Below, piece after piece: positions 27,001 to 40,199 of a DNA stretch of 64,000 nucleotides. The DNA is from Dipteris shenzhenensis (taxonomy: Eukaryota), in the NCBI GenBank assembly GCA_047967505.1, contig CM106538.1; one strand, written 5' to 3'. Positions within the stretch are counted from its first letter, which is position 1. Each line of letters opens with the position of its first letter. The notes under the pieces were generated by a model. The model was given only the letters and a program-made list of their open reading frames with translations. It was not told the origin of the DNA and did no database searches. Made by a program: the position numbers and the translations under genes.

Positions 27001-28167
27001 CCCAGTGCCTCCTCAGACGAACCTATGCGACTCTGCTCCTTCTCCTTCAACCGACTCCCAACAACTACTCAGCAAGTGAGCCTTTCTACTATGCCTATAA
27101 CACACAAGCAATCACACAATCACAATCTCTTCACGACGGACGATTCACCTCTAGCACTCTAGCCAATGACTGGCTCTCTCAGTGCCCAAGAAAAGCAAGC
27201 TCATGCAACACGATGCTCAATAGAGCCACGACTAGCTAGCTACAACTCCTATGCATCGTCCTCCAAGTGTCGACTCTTCAACACTCCCTATAGCAACAAA
27301 TGATACACTGCTTTGCAATGAGCCATCGTGCTTAGCTATTATGACCTCATCCTAGCAACACAGCCATCATCAATGTGCAAAGCTTCATCGATAGAAGGAC
27401 TACAACAATGATTGACTGCTGCTCCAATAGAGAGACAACTACGAACAAGCTCTACTTACATCCCTACATCTAGCAGCTTCTAAATGGTTGAAGACGTCTC
27501 CTACAACGAATAGCCCACAGCACTCTTTTACGGACCTCCACATCAAGGCTCATCGACATCCTTGATCAATAGCAAGCCTCACAGGCGACAACAAGTGGCC
27601 AAGCACAGCTCCTATGGCCCAATCGAGCTTCTACAACCTCAACACTGCTAAGATTCTCCAAACGACAGACTTGTAGTGCTCCATGACTCCAGACCATCTA
27701 TGAACTCCATCAATGGCCTCAGATGCCACTGACGATGACAAGCAACTCACAATGGCAGCCAAGGATGAGCTCCTTCATTGACTCGGGCGGTCACGCACTC
27801 CTAGAACCTTCATCGACTTCAACTCCTGAGCTCCTCCAAACTGTACATGACTTCCAACTTCCACGACGGCTCTCTCCACAACGTCTGTCTCGTGACAAAA
27901 TCTAGAAGATCGGCGCTCTCCTCTGGATGCCAATTTGGGCTAAAAACAATTTCACATCTTTTGTGCTAGAAATATCCAAATTTAGTCATGTTTGGTATCA
28001 AAATGATCAAAACAAATCAAATGATCTCATTTTTCTTATTAGTTTCATGATATTCTGTCTTCCCTGGTGTGCTTCTGTGCATGCTAGCTCTCCTCTAGAA
28101 GCCCTTTTGGGCTAAAAAATATACCCAAAATGGTGGGGAAAAAAGACAAATTATCATGGTAAAAAAG

Positions 28168-28273
28168 GTAGAGAGAGAGAGAGAGAGAACTGCAATGCAT
28201 GCATGAGAGAGGGGATAGAGAGAGATATAATAGAGTTAGACATAGACGGAGATAGAGGGTCTATACGTAGGAT

Positions 28274-28314
<41 letters not shown>

Positions 28315-28411
28315 CTATCGGAACCTCAAGTGGATGAAATTGTGAAGCTATAAAAATGAAATGCAAGGCATTTGTGTCTACAAATTGTGTACCATATAAG
28401 CTTGTTGAGGA

Positions 28412-28453
<42 letters not shown>

Positions 28454-28571
28454 CACTGCGTGCATGAGAAAGAGGGTAGAGAGAGATGTGATAGTGTTAG
28501 ACATAGGTGGAGATAGAGGGTTGCAATGAGGACAAGGAGGACGAAGAGAGAAAAGACACAAAAAGAATAGT

Positions 28572-28616
<45 letters not shown>

Positions 28617-28718
28617 GGGGGGGGTAGAGAGAGATGTGACAGAGTTAGACATAGACGAAGATAGAGGGTTGCAATGAGGACAAGGAGGATGAAGAGAGAG
28701 AAGAGAAAAAAAGAATAT

Positions 28719-28767
<49 letters not shown>
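28168..28767. repeat. Compound (GA)n/(GT)n microsatellite cluster in a higher-order repeat
   Basis: Several (GT)n(GA)n blocks separated by a recurring AGTTAGACATAG...GATAGAGGG spacer. Confidence 0.9.
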
Positions 28768-28769
<2 letters not shown>

Positions 28770-30401
28770 TCATAAGTGGAATAGGTGGAACAAAACATGT
28801 TGGTTGCCAAAAAAAACTCACTCCTAAACTCGCTCAAAAAACTCGCTTCTTGCCCTTCCCCCTCGAGGGTGTGATCCTTGGTAAAACTAGTACATATATA
28901 AGCTGCATTCAACTGCATTACATAATGTCTCTATATTTACCAGTCAAAACAACTACATATAAGCTGCAAAGCATAACCAATACCAAGACCTCTTCAAGCT
29001 ATGTAAACTCCATTTTTATGAGAGGTGACAAGAGGAATATAGCTAGGGGGAACCGGCAGCATCCTTTGATTTCGGTTTGGTCAAAGCTTATCCTCTTCCT
29101 AAGTTGACACATGGTGGATAAGAGTCAAGTAACCTGGGTTACATTAACCCTGGGTTAGCTTTGGGTTGCACCATGGTTAGTTGGACCACTAGTCTAACCT
29201 TGGGTCTAGTTAGTGGCCACATGGCATTGCCACCTCAATCAGCACAGTCATCATGACCACCTCAGCTGCCCAATCAGCAGCACACTCAGCATGCCCAGTC
29301 AGCACTACCACATGGCAGAGTGCCAGCCAGGCACATAGTGCATTCTGCATGTGACACCCTCTGCCACATCACCCTCTAGGCCACATCATCATTTTCGAGC
29401 CTTCTTGGGATCAAAAATTGCCTATTCTTGCGGGGGCCATATCTTTTGATCTAGAGGGAATTTCGCAGAGGTCTAAAAAGAAAAAATGCTCATCAACTTG
29501 TTCTCTATGCATCGAGCACCTCAAATCTACCATCTAACATTCCCACAGGTTAGCATCATCAAAAACTCATCATCAAAACCACCTCCTAATCCACCGTAGT
29601 GCACCCAACACTTAAAATAAATCAAAATAAAATTCATTTGCTGCATTTATCGCATCGATGTGTAGTCCAACTATAGACTAGCATAGCCATAGAGGAGATC
29701 CAACTCCACCAAGCCAAGTCAACCATTTCCACATTACCCCATTAGTTCCCACTGGTGTCAGTCCATGTGGTTCTATCATCTGTATTCACTTTCACACACT
29801 TACACCAGTTCAGTTCTCTTGGCATTTGGCACTTCATCACTCAGTGTGACACTTGGCAGTGATCTTCCTCTTGGATTCAGGGATTTTGCACCTTTGCATG
29901 CACACATGCCACCCATGCACAGTCACACTTGTTGACTATTTTTGGCATTGGTTTTCGCACACATACATCATCCTTGTACAGCATCTTGGCTATGCCCGAC
30001 ATGTAGTTGTCATCATTCTACTACAAGCTTAATCCTTAGCACACAACAGTTCTCACATGACTTGGTTTTTATTGTTCAACGTAAGCCCCCCAGTGGCAGC
30101 TCTCACACAGTGTTTTCATGGGTAGACACCCGTGCCGATACATGAGTAAGCCTCTTTCACAGAGCACCAAAACACCTCTAACATGGAGTTATTTGCATCA
30201 TATAGTTGATGATACACCAGTCATGACTCCAGATTAGATCCATGAGTGGAAAGAGAGCCTTCTTTGACCATTCATTGCCATAGGGTATGTACAAATCTAC
30301 GATGTAGACTGGAGCCTCATTGGCCTTGACAAATTAGATGCAAATTCTTCAGATGTTAGCATGGATCAGCCCGCAGTTTTCGATCATGCACATTCCTCGA
30401 G

Positions 30402-30480
30402 AAGCCCTCAGCATGAGGCACATTTGACAGTAAGCCCTCAGCATGAGGCATATTTAATAGTAAGTCCTCAGTACGAGGCA
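30402..30480. repeat. 30-bp minisatellite (~3 copies, plus one at ~30620)
   Basis: AAGCCCTCAGCATGAGGCA(C/T)ATTT.A.AGT repeated. Confidence 0.75.
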
Positions 30481-31945
30481 ACAATCCCATATACATTAGC
30501 AGAGACTAATCCTAGTGATGTACATTCATCACTCTCATGCATGGATCCGACTCCATCCATTGCCATAGATGCAAATACTCAACAAGAGTTAACTAGTGAT
30601 CATGCAGTTATTCAGCAGGTAAGTCCTCAGTACGAGGCACTCACATCTTCTACCGCATGAAGAGATATATGCCCCAGTGCATTCAGCTCTTCAAGTGATT
30701 CCATTCTAGCATCCATCACTGATGCTTTCACCTTTGACATAGAGCATACCATGGGCTCAGTTCCCTTCAGTACTTCAGATCAGCAGATTAGTCTTCAAGA
30801 CATTTCAGCATCGGCTCACTCATTGCACCCTTGGATCCACACCTCTTTCGATCAGCAGATCATTCCTCAATATGAGGATACTTATGCATTAGTGCGGTTC
30901 TACCCCAGTGTAGTAGACATCATCAAGTTTAGCCATGGTGCAACCTAGGGAGACTCAGTGTTTTAGCATGCACTTATGGCTGTAGTATATAGTCCATACT
31001 TGATGCAGTTCAGTGGTTGGATCCATGACTATAGATTGATCCCTTCATCAGCATTCGGCACCTCATTCGCCTCAGGGACATGTTATGCATTCATAGTTGT
31101 ACTTCAAGCTTCTAGGCCTTTCTACTGTCAACTCCTTCTTAACGAGCCTTTGACAGATGCTACGTCCCATGCCGATGGATGTTTAGCTATGCACACATCA
31201 GATGACCTTTAGCTCATGATTGTTGAGCATACAGGTTTGACACGTTGCCATACCTTGTCATTTATACAAGCCTCTTCATCAGTAGAGTAGTGTATCACAC
31301 TTGCACATTCGGCCCCAAATTTTTAACCCCTAGATCACTCTATCCACACTGACTATGCAGTCTCCTCTGACCCCATATCATTCAACAGAGATCATTCTAT
31401 TGCAGCATACCTCGCACATTGCTGTCAGTTCTTTTGGGTTGGTGACACCCTCGTATGTCACAACCTACCGGATTCTTTCTCCATGCTACATTGACTAGCC
31501 TCACATCTGGATGCCTCTTCTATAGAGCAGTTGCACAGTCCATGGTGACTTATGACATGTTCAACTTTGACATGTTCAATATGTAGTCATACACACTGTT
31601 ATTCATGCAGTCATCTCTTGATCAACTAGTCTTTGATCCAAGTGGACTATACTTTTTGCATATTTCCTTCCTCCTCCCTTCGGCCTATTTTCTGGGTTTC
31701 ATTCCCAAAGGTGAAGGATGACTCACAACTTAAGAGGAGGAAATTCACATTATGTACAGGATCATAAGTTGTACTCATTGTATATGCTTCCACCACATAG
31801 TCACTGTGCTCACATATGCACATACTACTCTGATTTCTTTTAAGTTTTCTTTTCAATTTTGGATGCTATCATATACACCAAATGAAATCCACAAATAGGT
31901 GTTGTGCATGCACCCTCTACTTACCAAGTGCAATTTAAGAGGAGG

Positions 31946-32143
31946 TGTTAAAGATAGTGTAAATTGCACTATCTACATAGGGCATAGGGACAAACCCTAA
32001 CCCTAACCCTAAGGGGTTCACATGTATATCTTCATGTTCATTATCAATACACTTAGTGTACAGGTAGCTATATCATGTGCACTCCTCTCTCTCTCCCTCT
32101 CTCACTTCCACTATCAGAATCCTCAATTCTTCACCAAGTAACA
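31946..32143 (+). repeat. Short LTR (3' LTR of a decayed, apparently non-coding LTR element upstream)
   Basis: Preceded by PPT AAGAGGAGG; TGTTA...TAACA inverted termini. No partner LTR found. Confidence 0.55.
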
Positions 32144-33709
32144 ATGCTTGTAATTCTTCAAGTGTTGGAATTTGCCTTAATGGCATTACTCTAGACTATA
32201 TTCTCGTATCCCTCTCCTAGTCCATTTGGGATGACTTGAATCATTTCCATGGGATTCATAGTCTCTCTTGCCACTACAAGTTGATTGTTGTAATCCTTGA
32301 TCTTGATTATGTAAGCATGACTAGTTTCATTGCTACTGCAGAAACTCTGGTCGGTCTAGTTTCTTAGTGTGAGGATCTTGGATGTGTTCTTAGACTCATA
32401 AAGGGCTACAAACATATCCTGTGCTTCTTTTGATGTCTTCACTGTGTTGAGCTGTCCAAGCATGATGTTTGACCAAATGGAATACATATTGAGGTGGCAC
32501 TCTTCTACTGTCTTTTTGTTTAAAAAGGTCTCGTAGCAAAATGACGATAAGCCAAAAAACTTGTATGATGGCTGGTACTAATGCGAGATCTAGAACCAAT
32601 CAATATATGTCATTAAATTGTTGTAGTTAGTAGATAAGACTGACTATTGGGGCAACTTGGGGAAAATTGAAGTTGGAAAAATTGAACAACACATTAGGGT
32701 TGCTTGCTTAGAGAGTTTTGAACTCCTTCCAAGTCCACCAATGATGCATTGGTATGTAGTTTGATGAACTCTCCGGTTTCAACCGGCTCCATAGTAGATC
32801 ATCCAAAACTTAGGTTGCTTTAGGAATGGAATGTGCCATGTCAATTGGATCTCGGCATCATCATCCTATACTAGAGGTTTGGAGGGTTCCAATTTCTAGT
32901 ATCTTCCTCTGGTCTCCCAAAGGTGCTCTTTGTGCCAATATCGATAACGTTTTTCAATGAAAGTTGTAAGTGGATTTACTGGAGGAAAGACCCTTCTAAC
33001 TACTTCTAGTGCTGGAGTGTCACTAGATCAATCGATGGCTATAAGGGCTCAAGTATATGATACCAGTTGGAAGACGAAGGGATGGGCTCTAACAAGGGCA
33101 GGTCTTCTTCTATCATAGAAAACTATTCCTCCTCTTCAAAATATGGATCAACTCTAGAACATCAATGTTGGAGAGGGTTGGTCCAAGTATTTATTGTAGT
33201 AATGTGTTGTCAAACAAAATATCTTTAGCTAGAGTAGGCAGCTCAAGCAATGGATCCTATATCTCAGGGTGAGTGCCAGTGGTGGCTTGTGAAGTGGATG
33301 AAAGTGTGATATTAGAGGCACAAGAAGATGTGCAAAGAGTTGGTGGTGTGCTTGCGTGTGAGGGGCATGAGAGGATTGAGGAGGGTTGCCAGTTTAGGTG
33401 CCAAGAGGGGATGGGATTGGTGGTAGGGACTAGGCCACGGGGTATCTTTAGGGAGGTGTGGTAGAATCATAGTATCATTTTCTTCTTTTGGAATTTCTTC
33501 GGGATAGGCGACATGGTTTGTATCAAAACCACTCATGCCAGATTGTAACATTGTTTGCATGGCATTGATAATGGGATTGTATAAGATCATAATGCTAGTC
33601 GGGTCATACTACTGGACATTATTATAAAGTAGAAATTCATGTTCTCTAATAGCCTATTGGCCTATGTGGTGTTGCAACCACCCAAGGCCTTTGGCCAAGG
33701 AATGTGAGT

Positions 33710-33951
33710 TGCAAGGGTAAGTGGCCAAGCTATTAGGCTTAGATAGTTGCAAAATGTCCTCATCCTTGGGAAACAAAGAAGATTCTTGGAGTACCCTACT
33801 TCAAGCTTGAAATTTTGCTATAATGGGGTGTGCAAGGGTAAGTGGCCAAGCTATTAGGATTAGATAGTTGCAATGTCCTTATCCTTGGGAAACAAAGAAG
33901 ATTCTTGGAATACCCTACTTCAAGCTTGAAATTTTGCTATTATGGGGTGTG
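33710..33951. repeat. Tandem duplication of a ~121-bp unit
   Basis: TGCAAGGGTAAGTGGCCAAGCTATTAGG...GAAATTTTGCTAT.ATGGGGTGTG occurs twice. Confidence 0.85.
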
Positions 33952-36024
33952 TAGTTCTTTGGTATGATACTGCTCCTCAGCCAGCTAATCCTCGAGCTGC
34001 TTAAAGTAGGTCTACATCTCCTTTGCCCACTCTTTGTTTTTCTTTGCTATTTGTACACACTGGCCTCTTCAGCTTCTTGGGCTGCAACCATACTTCATTG
34101 TTCATTGGTCAACTATTGCTGTAGCTCATTGCTGTGGATATTGGCCAAGATGCATGATGTAATTCACAGTCACGTCAGTTTTGTTCCCTTGACCTTGCAT
34201 GATTAAGGAGATTTCCATCTTTCGAGCTACATTTGGAACAAGGATCTCTTCTCTCAGTAGCAGCTGAACTACCAGTTCTTGCCACAGCTTCCCATGAAAA
34301 CCTTCCACCAACGAGTAGGGAGAGTAGAGTCAGGATGTCCAATCCCAAAAATCCAAGGCCCTTGCCAACTCTTCCCTCAAATCTTAATATGGCTATACCA
34401 CAGTATAGGCAGAGTCAATGGTAAGTTGAATGGATAGGATGACAATTGAGCAACTAAACCAAGAAATGATAAGGTTGCAAGGGTTACAGACACAACCAAG
34501 GTCAAATGTTAATCCTTCACCTCAGCCCACAGCACATGATTATATCCTTGGTATAGAAGCTCAGCTTCAATTCTGACCTAGACCTACACTGGACCCTTTG
34601 TCCAGCTAGGATCCCAACCAATTACAGGATCCCCTGTCACAGGCTTATGCCCTTGACCAAGGGGAGCCCGAAGTATTTGTCCACAAATTCAGGCTGTTTC
34701 TCTAAAAAGTATGTGTCCATTATATATTCTACACTTATTAGAGTCCTCCATCCACAAGAGAAAGGATCCTCCTATTGTGGTGTCTGTTTTATCAAAATAG
34801 AAAGCTAAGATAAGAGAGAGAGAGAGAAATGTGTCATAAGTGGAATAGGTGAAACAAACCATGCATACTATTTAAGAAGTTCTAAATTCAATGCATTGAT
34901 ACAAAAAAGATTGAACACATTCTTTGTTTTTATTGCAGATGAAAGAGGATAGTTTTGGCTCTAAATATGTACATAGCTTCATAGCAAAGACAATTTTGAA
35001 GCTGCTAGAGGTCTCTTCCCCTTGTCTAGTGCCAAACTGAACAATCCATATAGGAGAGGGCTCAAAAGGCCTTGAGGATCTCCGGGTTGAAAAGAGGCTC
35101 AAAATGTCTCTGTCACTAGCAATTTAGAAGATATTCTAGAAGGTGTTGGTGTTGATGAGCTGCTCGAACAATTCTCGAAGAATGTGGAAGGAGAACCTAT
35201 AGTTTATCTTTCCCAAGCAGAGCTACCACAAAAGCCTGAGCCTCTATGCACAAGGAGGCAAGAACATCAAAGCAACCTGAGCCCAAGCCCAAGCCCATGG
35301 ACGAGGTGGCAAGGACCTAGGACACCAAAGGAGCAAGAGGATTCGATGCATGAGGAGGAAGTACCGATGGAGGATGTGTAGCAGCAGGATGTAGAGAAAC
35401 AGGATGTACAATAGTAGGATCCACAGTTGCAACAACCTGAGCAGCATGTGGAAGATTCTCAAAAGGAGTCTCCACTACAAAAAAGTCAAGAGAGATTCTT
35501 AGCAATAATAGAAAAACAAATGATACTTGTAATCATTTTGTATTAATACATCAAATGTCAACTTTTTTTTTTTGGTTGCAAGTAATACATGGAGTCAATA
35601 GCTTTGTATTATCTGAATTGTTCTATTTACAATGTCCTTGCATTGAATTTTGCTTTCACTCCTTTGAAGTATCTGCAAAAATAAATTTTTAGCAATATGT
35701 AAATGTATTATGAAAATGTAAAGAGAATCAATTAGGAGAAACACAGGGTGGAAACCAACTTACTTTCCTATTGTTCAAAATGAATGAAAATTCTTTACAG
35801 ATATTGTTGTCAGTCTCCATAATAACATCATTGCGTAACAGAGAGAGAGTGCAGCATTGTCCTAGTGAAATGGATGTTAGAAGGATGCTATTCTTAATAA
35901 CATTTATTTCAATTATTGGACTTTGAGATCATCATGCTATGGTGAAAACTTGTTGCTTTGATATGAGGTTTTTTTACTTTAAAAAATGTATATGTTCCTT
36001 TGGAAGTTGGTTGGGACTCACTAC

Positions 36025-37987
36025 AAATGGTAGCAGCCTTTCCTTCAAGACTAAGTCCAAAGGCATCAACCATTTCACCCTCACCTAATGTACCAAAAGT
36101 TTCGCAGATTTGCTCGAATCTCTCTACATGGGAGACAGGATCTCCTTCTCCTAGGAACTCGGTAACCAATTTGGCAAATTGAATTGTGACTGGTCTACTT
36201 CTTGAGACATTATGGTCTCTGTGAGGGATAGCTAGTGTAGCCGCGGTTGCCCCCCTTGCTAAGTCATCCACTATAATTGTCATTGCTTCATTGGAAAACA
36301 TTGTTCCAGAAACTGGAGCAGGTGTCAGATCATGAGCAGGTGGAGGTGGAGGTGTAGGGAAGGAACCACTTGCGACATATATTGGTGCACCAAATGGATC
36401 ATAATAATGAGGACCAGTTGGGGTATTCATAGGTGCAACCAAAGGAGTAGAATTACCTTGTGGTGTGTAGGATGTAGCAAGTGCATGTTGCACAAACGAA
36501 GTTGGCCCTACAGAGCTAGAAGTTGGTAGACCACTAGGTATGAAAGTTGTTGGTCCAAATGTCACATTCCCTCATGGGTTAGGAGCCAAATTCACAATAG
36601 GACTTGTTGTCACAACAGGTGTGAATGAGTTCTGCATTGGAATAGGTTGCAGGATTTGTATCACTGATGACCTAGCCATATGATTTGCTTGTGGAAACAT
36701 GGTTTGAGAACCTAGCACAGCAGCATCTAGATATCCCTCTTCCATTGGGGTACTATGAGTGTTATTCCAAAGAAATCAAGATCCTTCCATGGACATTTCA
36801 GTTGTACCAACTACCGGAACATGTGACACCAAATTACTCTCTAGATGGTTTCCAATTGGGATACTTACACCAAAAGTTGGGTTAGAAAATGGTAACTCAG
36901 TCCCTGACATCAGCACATAGGAAGCCTGACTGGAGTTAGATTGAACATTCGGAATGCATGTTCTTGAGATTATAACAGTTGTAGGATCTGAAGTGTTCCC
37001 ATAAATTTGCCTTAAAGGATTATTAACTTATAAATTTGGATTTGATAATGGCACTTGCCCAAATGCTGGTCTTAGTGATTGAGATACTTGATATTGCCCA
37101 TGTGAATCAAATGTATCATATGTGATAGTCATAAGGGTTGGCATTTGATCTACGGTGCTGAATCCTATGCTGTGTTCCGGGAATCGTGGCCTTGGAATAA
37201 TGTTAGGTGCATGACCTCTAATCATTGCTTGAATTTGAGGTGCAGTGGGCAATTGCAATCTTTTCAACCTCATTATCTCCTGATCCAATTGTTTGTTTGT
37301 CATCCCATCGATCCTACCAGGCCAAAAGTCATCGTTCATTTGAACTATGGGCTTTGTTGTCATAGGGTTTCCTCTATATTGGATCGGATCAGATTGTGAT
37401 GTCATCCTTCTAGGCATCCTAGAACTTCTCTCTAAAGCAAGAGGTTGGGATTGTGCCGCAGTGGTTGGTGGTAGCCCACTTGACCTAGCAAAGGGGTTCA
37501 CAAATTCCCCTGATTCATTTTTACCAAACCAAAGTATAGTTGATAAGGCCTCCCTTACTCCAACTGCAGTAGATGGAGTGGGTGAAGGTGGAGCTACTAT
37601 TGTAGATGTAGGAGCACTAGTAGATATAGGATCAAACATTTCCATCCTATCACGCTCCATGCTAAAGGAATCTTCAATGCTCAAGGACTCTGCATAAGAT
37701 GGTCCGTTCACTGGGTAAGAGTTATGGCCCGAGATTCCTGACTCAGTCGAAGCCACACTTGGCACATAGCTTGATGCTATGTGGTTTGAAGTGCTCTCTT
37801 TAGGGATGGATCTGCTCCCAAGGTCCTTCCTAAGCATAATTGCATGTATGGATGTCAGAAGTGTTTTAGTGCACTTATATCGACTAAGGCTTGCCCTTAG
37901 GTTAGAATTTAACAAAAAGTAGATAATTATGAAAATTGTCAATTTTAAGATTATGGGTGAGAAATTTGAAGTTTTTGATGGCACCAA
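36025..37987 (-). pseudogene. gag: Ty3/gypsy gag (long P/S/T-rich N-terminus plus start of capsid domain), truncated
   Basis: ORFs 37028-37987 and 35909-36565; capsid-like EFLGEGDPVSHVERFEQICETFG...DAFGLSLEGKAAT, with similarity breaking at ~36025. Lies downstream of the LTR and PBS on the same strand. Confidence 0.75.
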
Positions 37988-38205
37988 TGCGTCTGAACGG
38001 CCAAAAAGCCTTAGATTTGACCTTTGGATGGTTGAAAATGGGTGCCAAAGGATTAAGTTATCTCAATTTGGTCAATTTTAGTGAGATTAGCTATGTCAGC
38101 AAGATTTTGCAAGTCAACGGATCTTTCAAAGGAGGTAAATAGCACAATTAATGGGAATAACCTTAGTGAGGGGGCGAAAATTTGGTTTAAACATGAAAGT
38201 TCATT

Positions 38206-38340
38206 ATGTAAGTAAATCTTTGCAAGTCAATAAATCTTTACAAGTCAGCAGATCTTGCAAGTCAGCGGATCTTTCCAAGTCATCGAATCTTTCCAAGTCA
38301 AGGGATCTTTACAAGTCAGCGGATCTTTGCATGTCAGCAA
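38206..38340. repeat. 18-bp tandem array (~7-8 copies) in the gypsy 5' UTR
   Basis: Consensus CAAGTCAGCGGATCTTT(G/C/A); two more copies at ~38092-38128. Confidence 0.9.
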
Positions 38341-38806
38341 GACTGTGTGGAACCAACGTTGCCTCCCTCAGAATTCTTGGATTTTGGTGTGGAAATTGGT
38401 TTTCTATTCAAGATTTGTTTAGTTATTGTTGTTCCCCATCTCCCGATCTACCTCCTTATGCAAAAAGAACTCAAAAAGCTACAATTTAAGAATACCAAAA
38501 TACAAATTGAAATTTTTAGCTACTTTCCTACTTTTTAAAATGCACAAAATCACCATTTTTGTTGTTTTTCTTTTAGATTTGAACCTACAATGGGCTTAGC
38601 AATGCCCCAATCTATGTTTCTACAAATTTTCAACACGAAAAAACACCTAAAACTCACTCAAATCACTACTTTTCACTCTCACACTCCTTCCTCGCACTTT
38701 CTTCCTACACCTCCAAAACCACTGAAACTAGTTAAGCTAGTGCGTGATGGGCAATGGGTAGAGTACGAAAGAAGGAAAGCGAATATGCAAAAGCATCATC
38801 TGGTGC

Positions 38807-38824
38807 TCCCCGACAGCGATGCCA
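38807..38824 (-). promoter_or_regulatory. Primer binding site
   Basis: Minus strand TGGCATCGCTGTCGGGGA, a few nt after the LTR end, resembles the Athila/Tat-type PBS TGGCGCCGTTGCCGGGGA. Confidence 0.7.
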
Positions 38825-38828
38825 AAGA

Positions 38829-39398
38829 TGTATCATCAGCGATGACTCATGCGTCATGGGGATGTTGCAGGAATGCCGCAAGGAAACCTCAAGTAACTCG
38901 TGGTAGCGAGCAATGCATAGGCTAACCATCATATGTGTCACGCATATATCCTTTGGATTATCACGCGTAGGGGATCCACGAGCAAGGGAGAAGAGAGAGA
39001 TGAGAGGGAGGGAGATGGGAGACAAAAGAAGGGGGAATGGGTGGCATCCACTATGGGCACTAAGAGGTAACAAGAGCTCATGAACTCAACAAAGAGAAGA
39101 GAGCAAGACAGCATGTATTCCAAAGTGTGCAAATGATAATGAAGACCAAAGTTTGACTTTTGGCCTTTTATACAATCCACCTTTTCAAAGGGAAGGCTAA
39201 CCCTATTCTTTTAGACCACTCTCTCACACTCTCTTTTTCCATGTATTGCATTTATGTACATCATATGGCCCAAAGGGCTTACACACAAGCTCTCAACTAG
39301 AAACATTTCCGCACCATACATAAAGCATCAAAGAGAACAAAAAAGAGAACGCGAACGGAATAGAAACCGGAATATCTGTTAACTTTTTGAGATTAACA
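38829..39398 (-). repeat. 5' LTR (~570 bp) of the large gypsy element
   Basis: TGTTAATCTC...GATACA on the minus strand; reverse complement matches 54364-54793 plus 55913-56056. Confidence 0.9.
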
Positions 39399-40199
39399 TT
39401 GAATAATAAATAAAATAAATAGAATAATAAATTTAAATTCACATTCTTAATAATTAATTTGGAAAAATAAATAAAATAATTAAATAATAATTAAAAATGT
39501 AAAAAAATATGGACTCATCACCCAATGTAATGCCCCCCCCTTCCCCCCCTTTAATAGTCCTCACCTCTTTAATGGTCCAAAGTCCTGGGGCACCCTCGGC
39601 CCCCATTTAAATACCCACCCCCCTCCCCCCCACTGGTACTCCTGCCCGCCCCTGGCCGTTCTCCCACCTGCTATTGCACGAATTTAGGTGGCGACCCACC
39701 CTCGCATGCCAGCAACCTCCCGCTTTGACTGGCCTCGCCTATTCGTAGGCCTTCCCACCCCGACTACCTTGCCGTCGCCACTATCGAAACTTCGACAGTC
39801 CCAACACTGCTTGCCTTTAATCGACCGCCCCCCCATGTCGTTGGACCACCCCTCGGCGCCGCTCTCGCCTAGACCACCACTTGTCGTTGACTCTCAGGCT
39901 ATAGGTCTATTGCTATTATCTAACATGGGTGAACATATAAGAGACACAATTGCACACACACAGAGATAAATAAATAAATATGCATATGTATAGAAATTTA
40001 TACATATATCCATACATACATATATATCCAAAGATAGCGACTTTGTCTACAAGCGTGACCATGGGATGTGGTAAACATGGGACGATATTCGCCTCACGTA
40101 GCTTATCATTTGATATAATCCAAAGACAACATCGATTTATATAAAGGGAAGCAATCTCAAAGGCCAACACAAGAAGGCATTTCAACATTGTGCACCTTT

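Noticed and set aside
28154-28918. 254-aa ORF
   Set aside because: Artefact of (GA)n/(GT)n microsatellites (SLSLSL, HTHTHT).
31991-32012. Telomere-like AAACCCTAACCCTAACCCTAA
   Set aside because: Only three units inside an LTR; not a telomeric array.
32200-34450. Decayed minus-strand gypsy gag/protease (NVIDIGTKST-like motif)
   Set aside because: Too degenerate to support by eye.
36019-36027. CACTACAAA as a CACTA terminal repeat at the left breakpoint
   Set aside because: No convincing partner TIR or 3-bp TSD; a short match is expected by chance.
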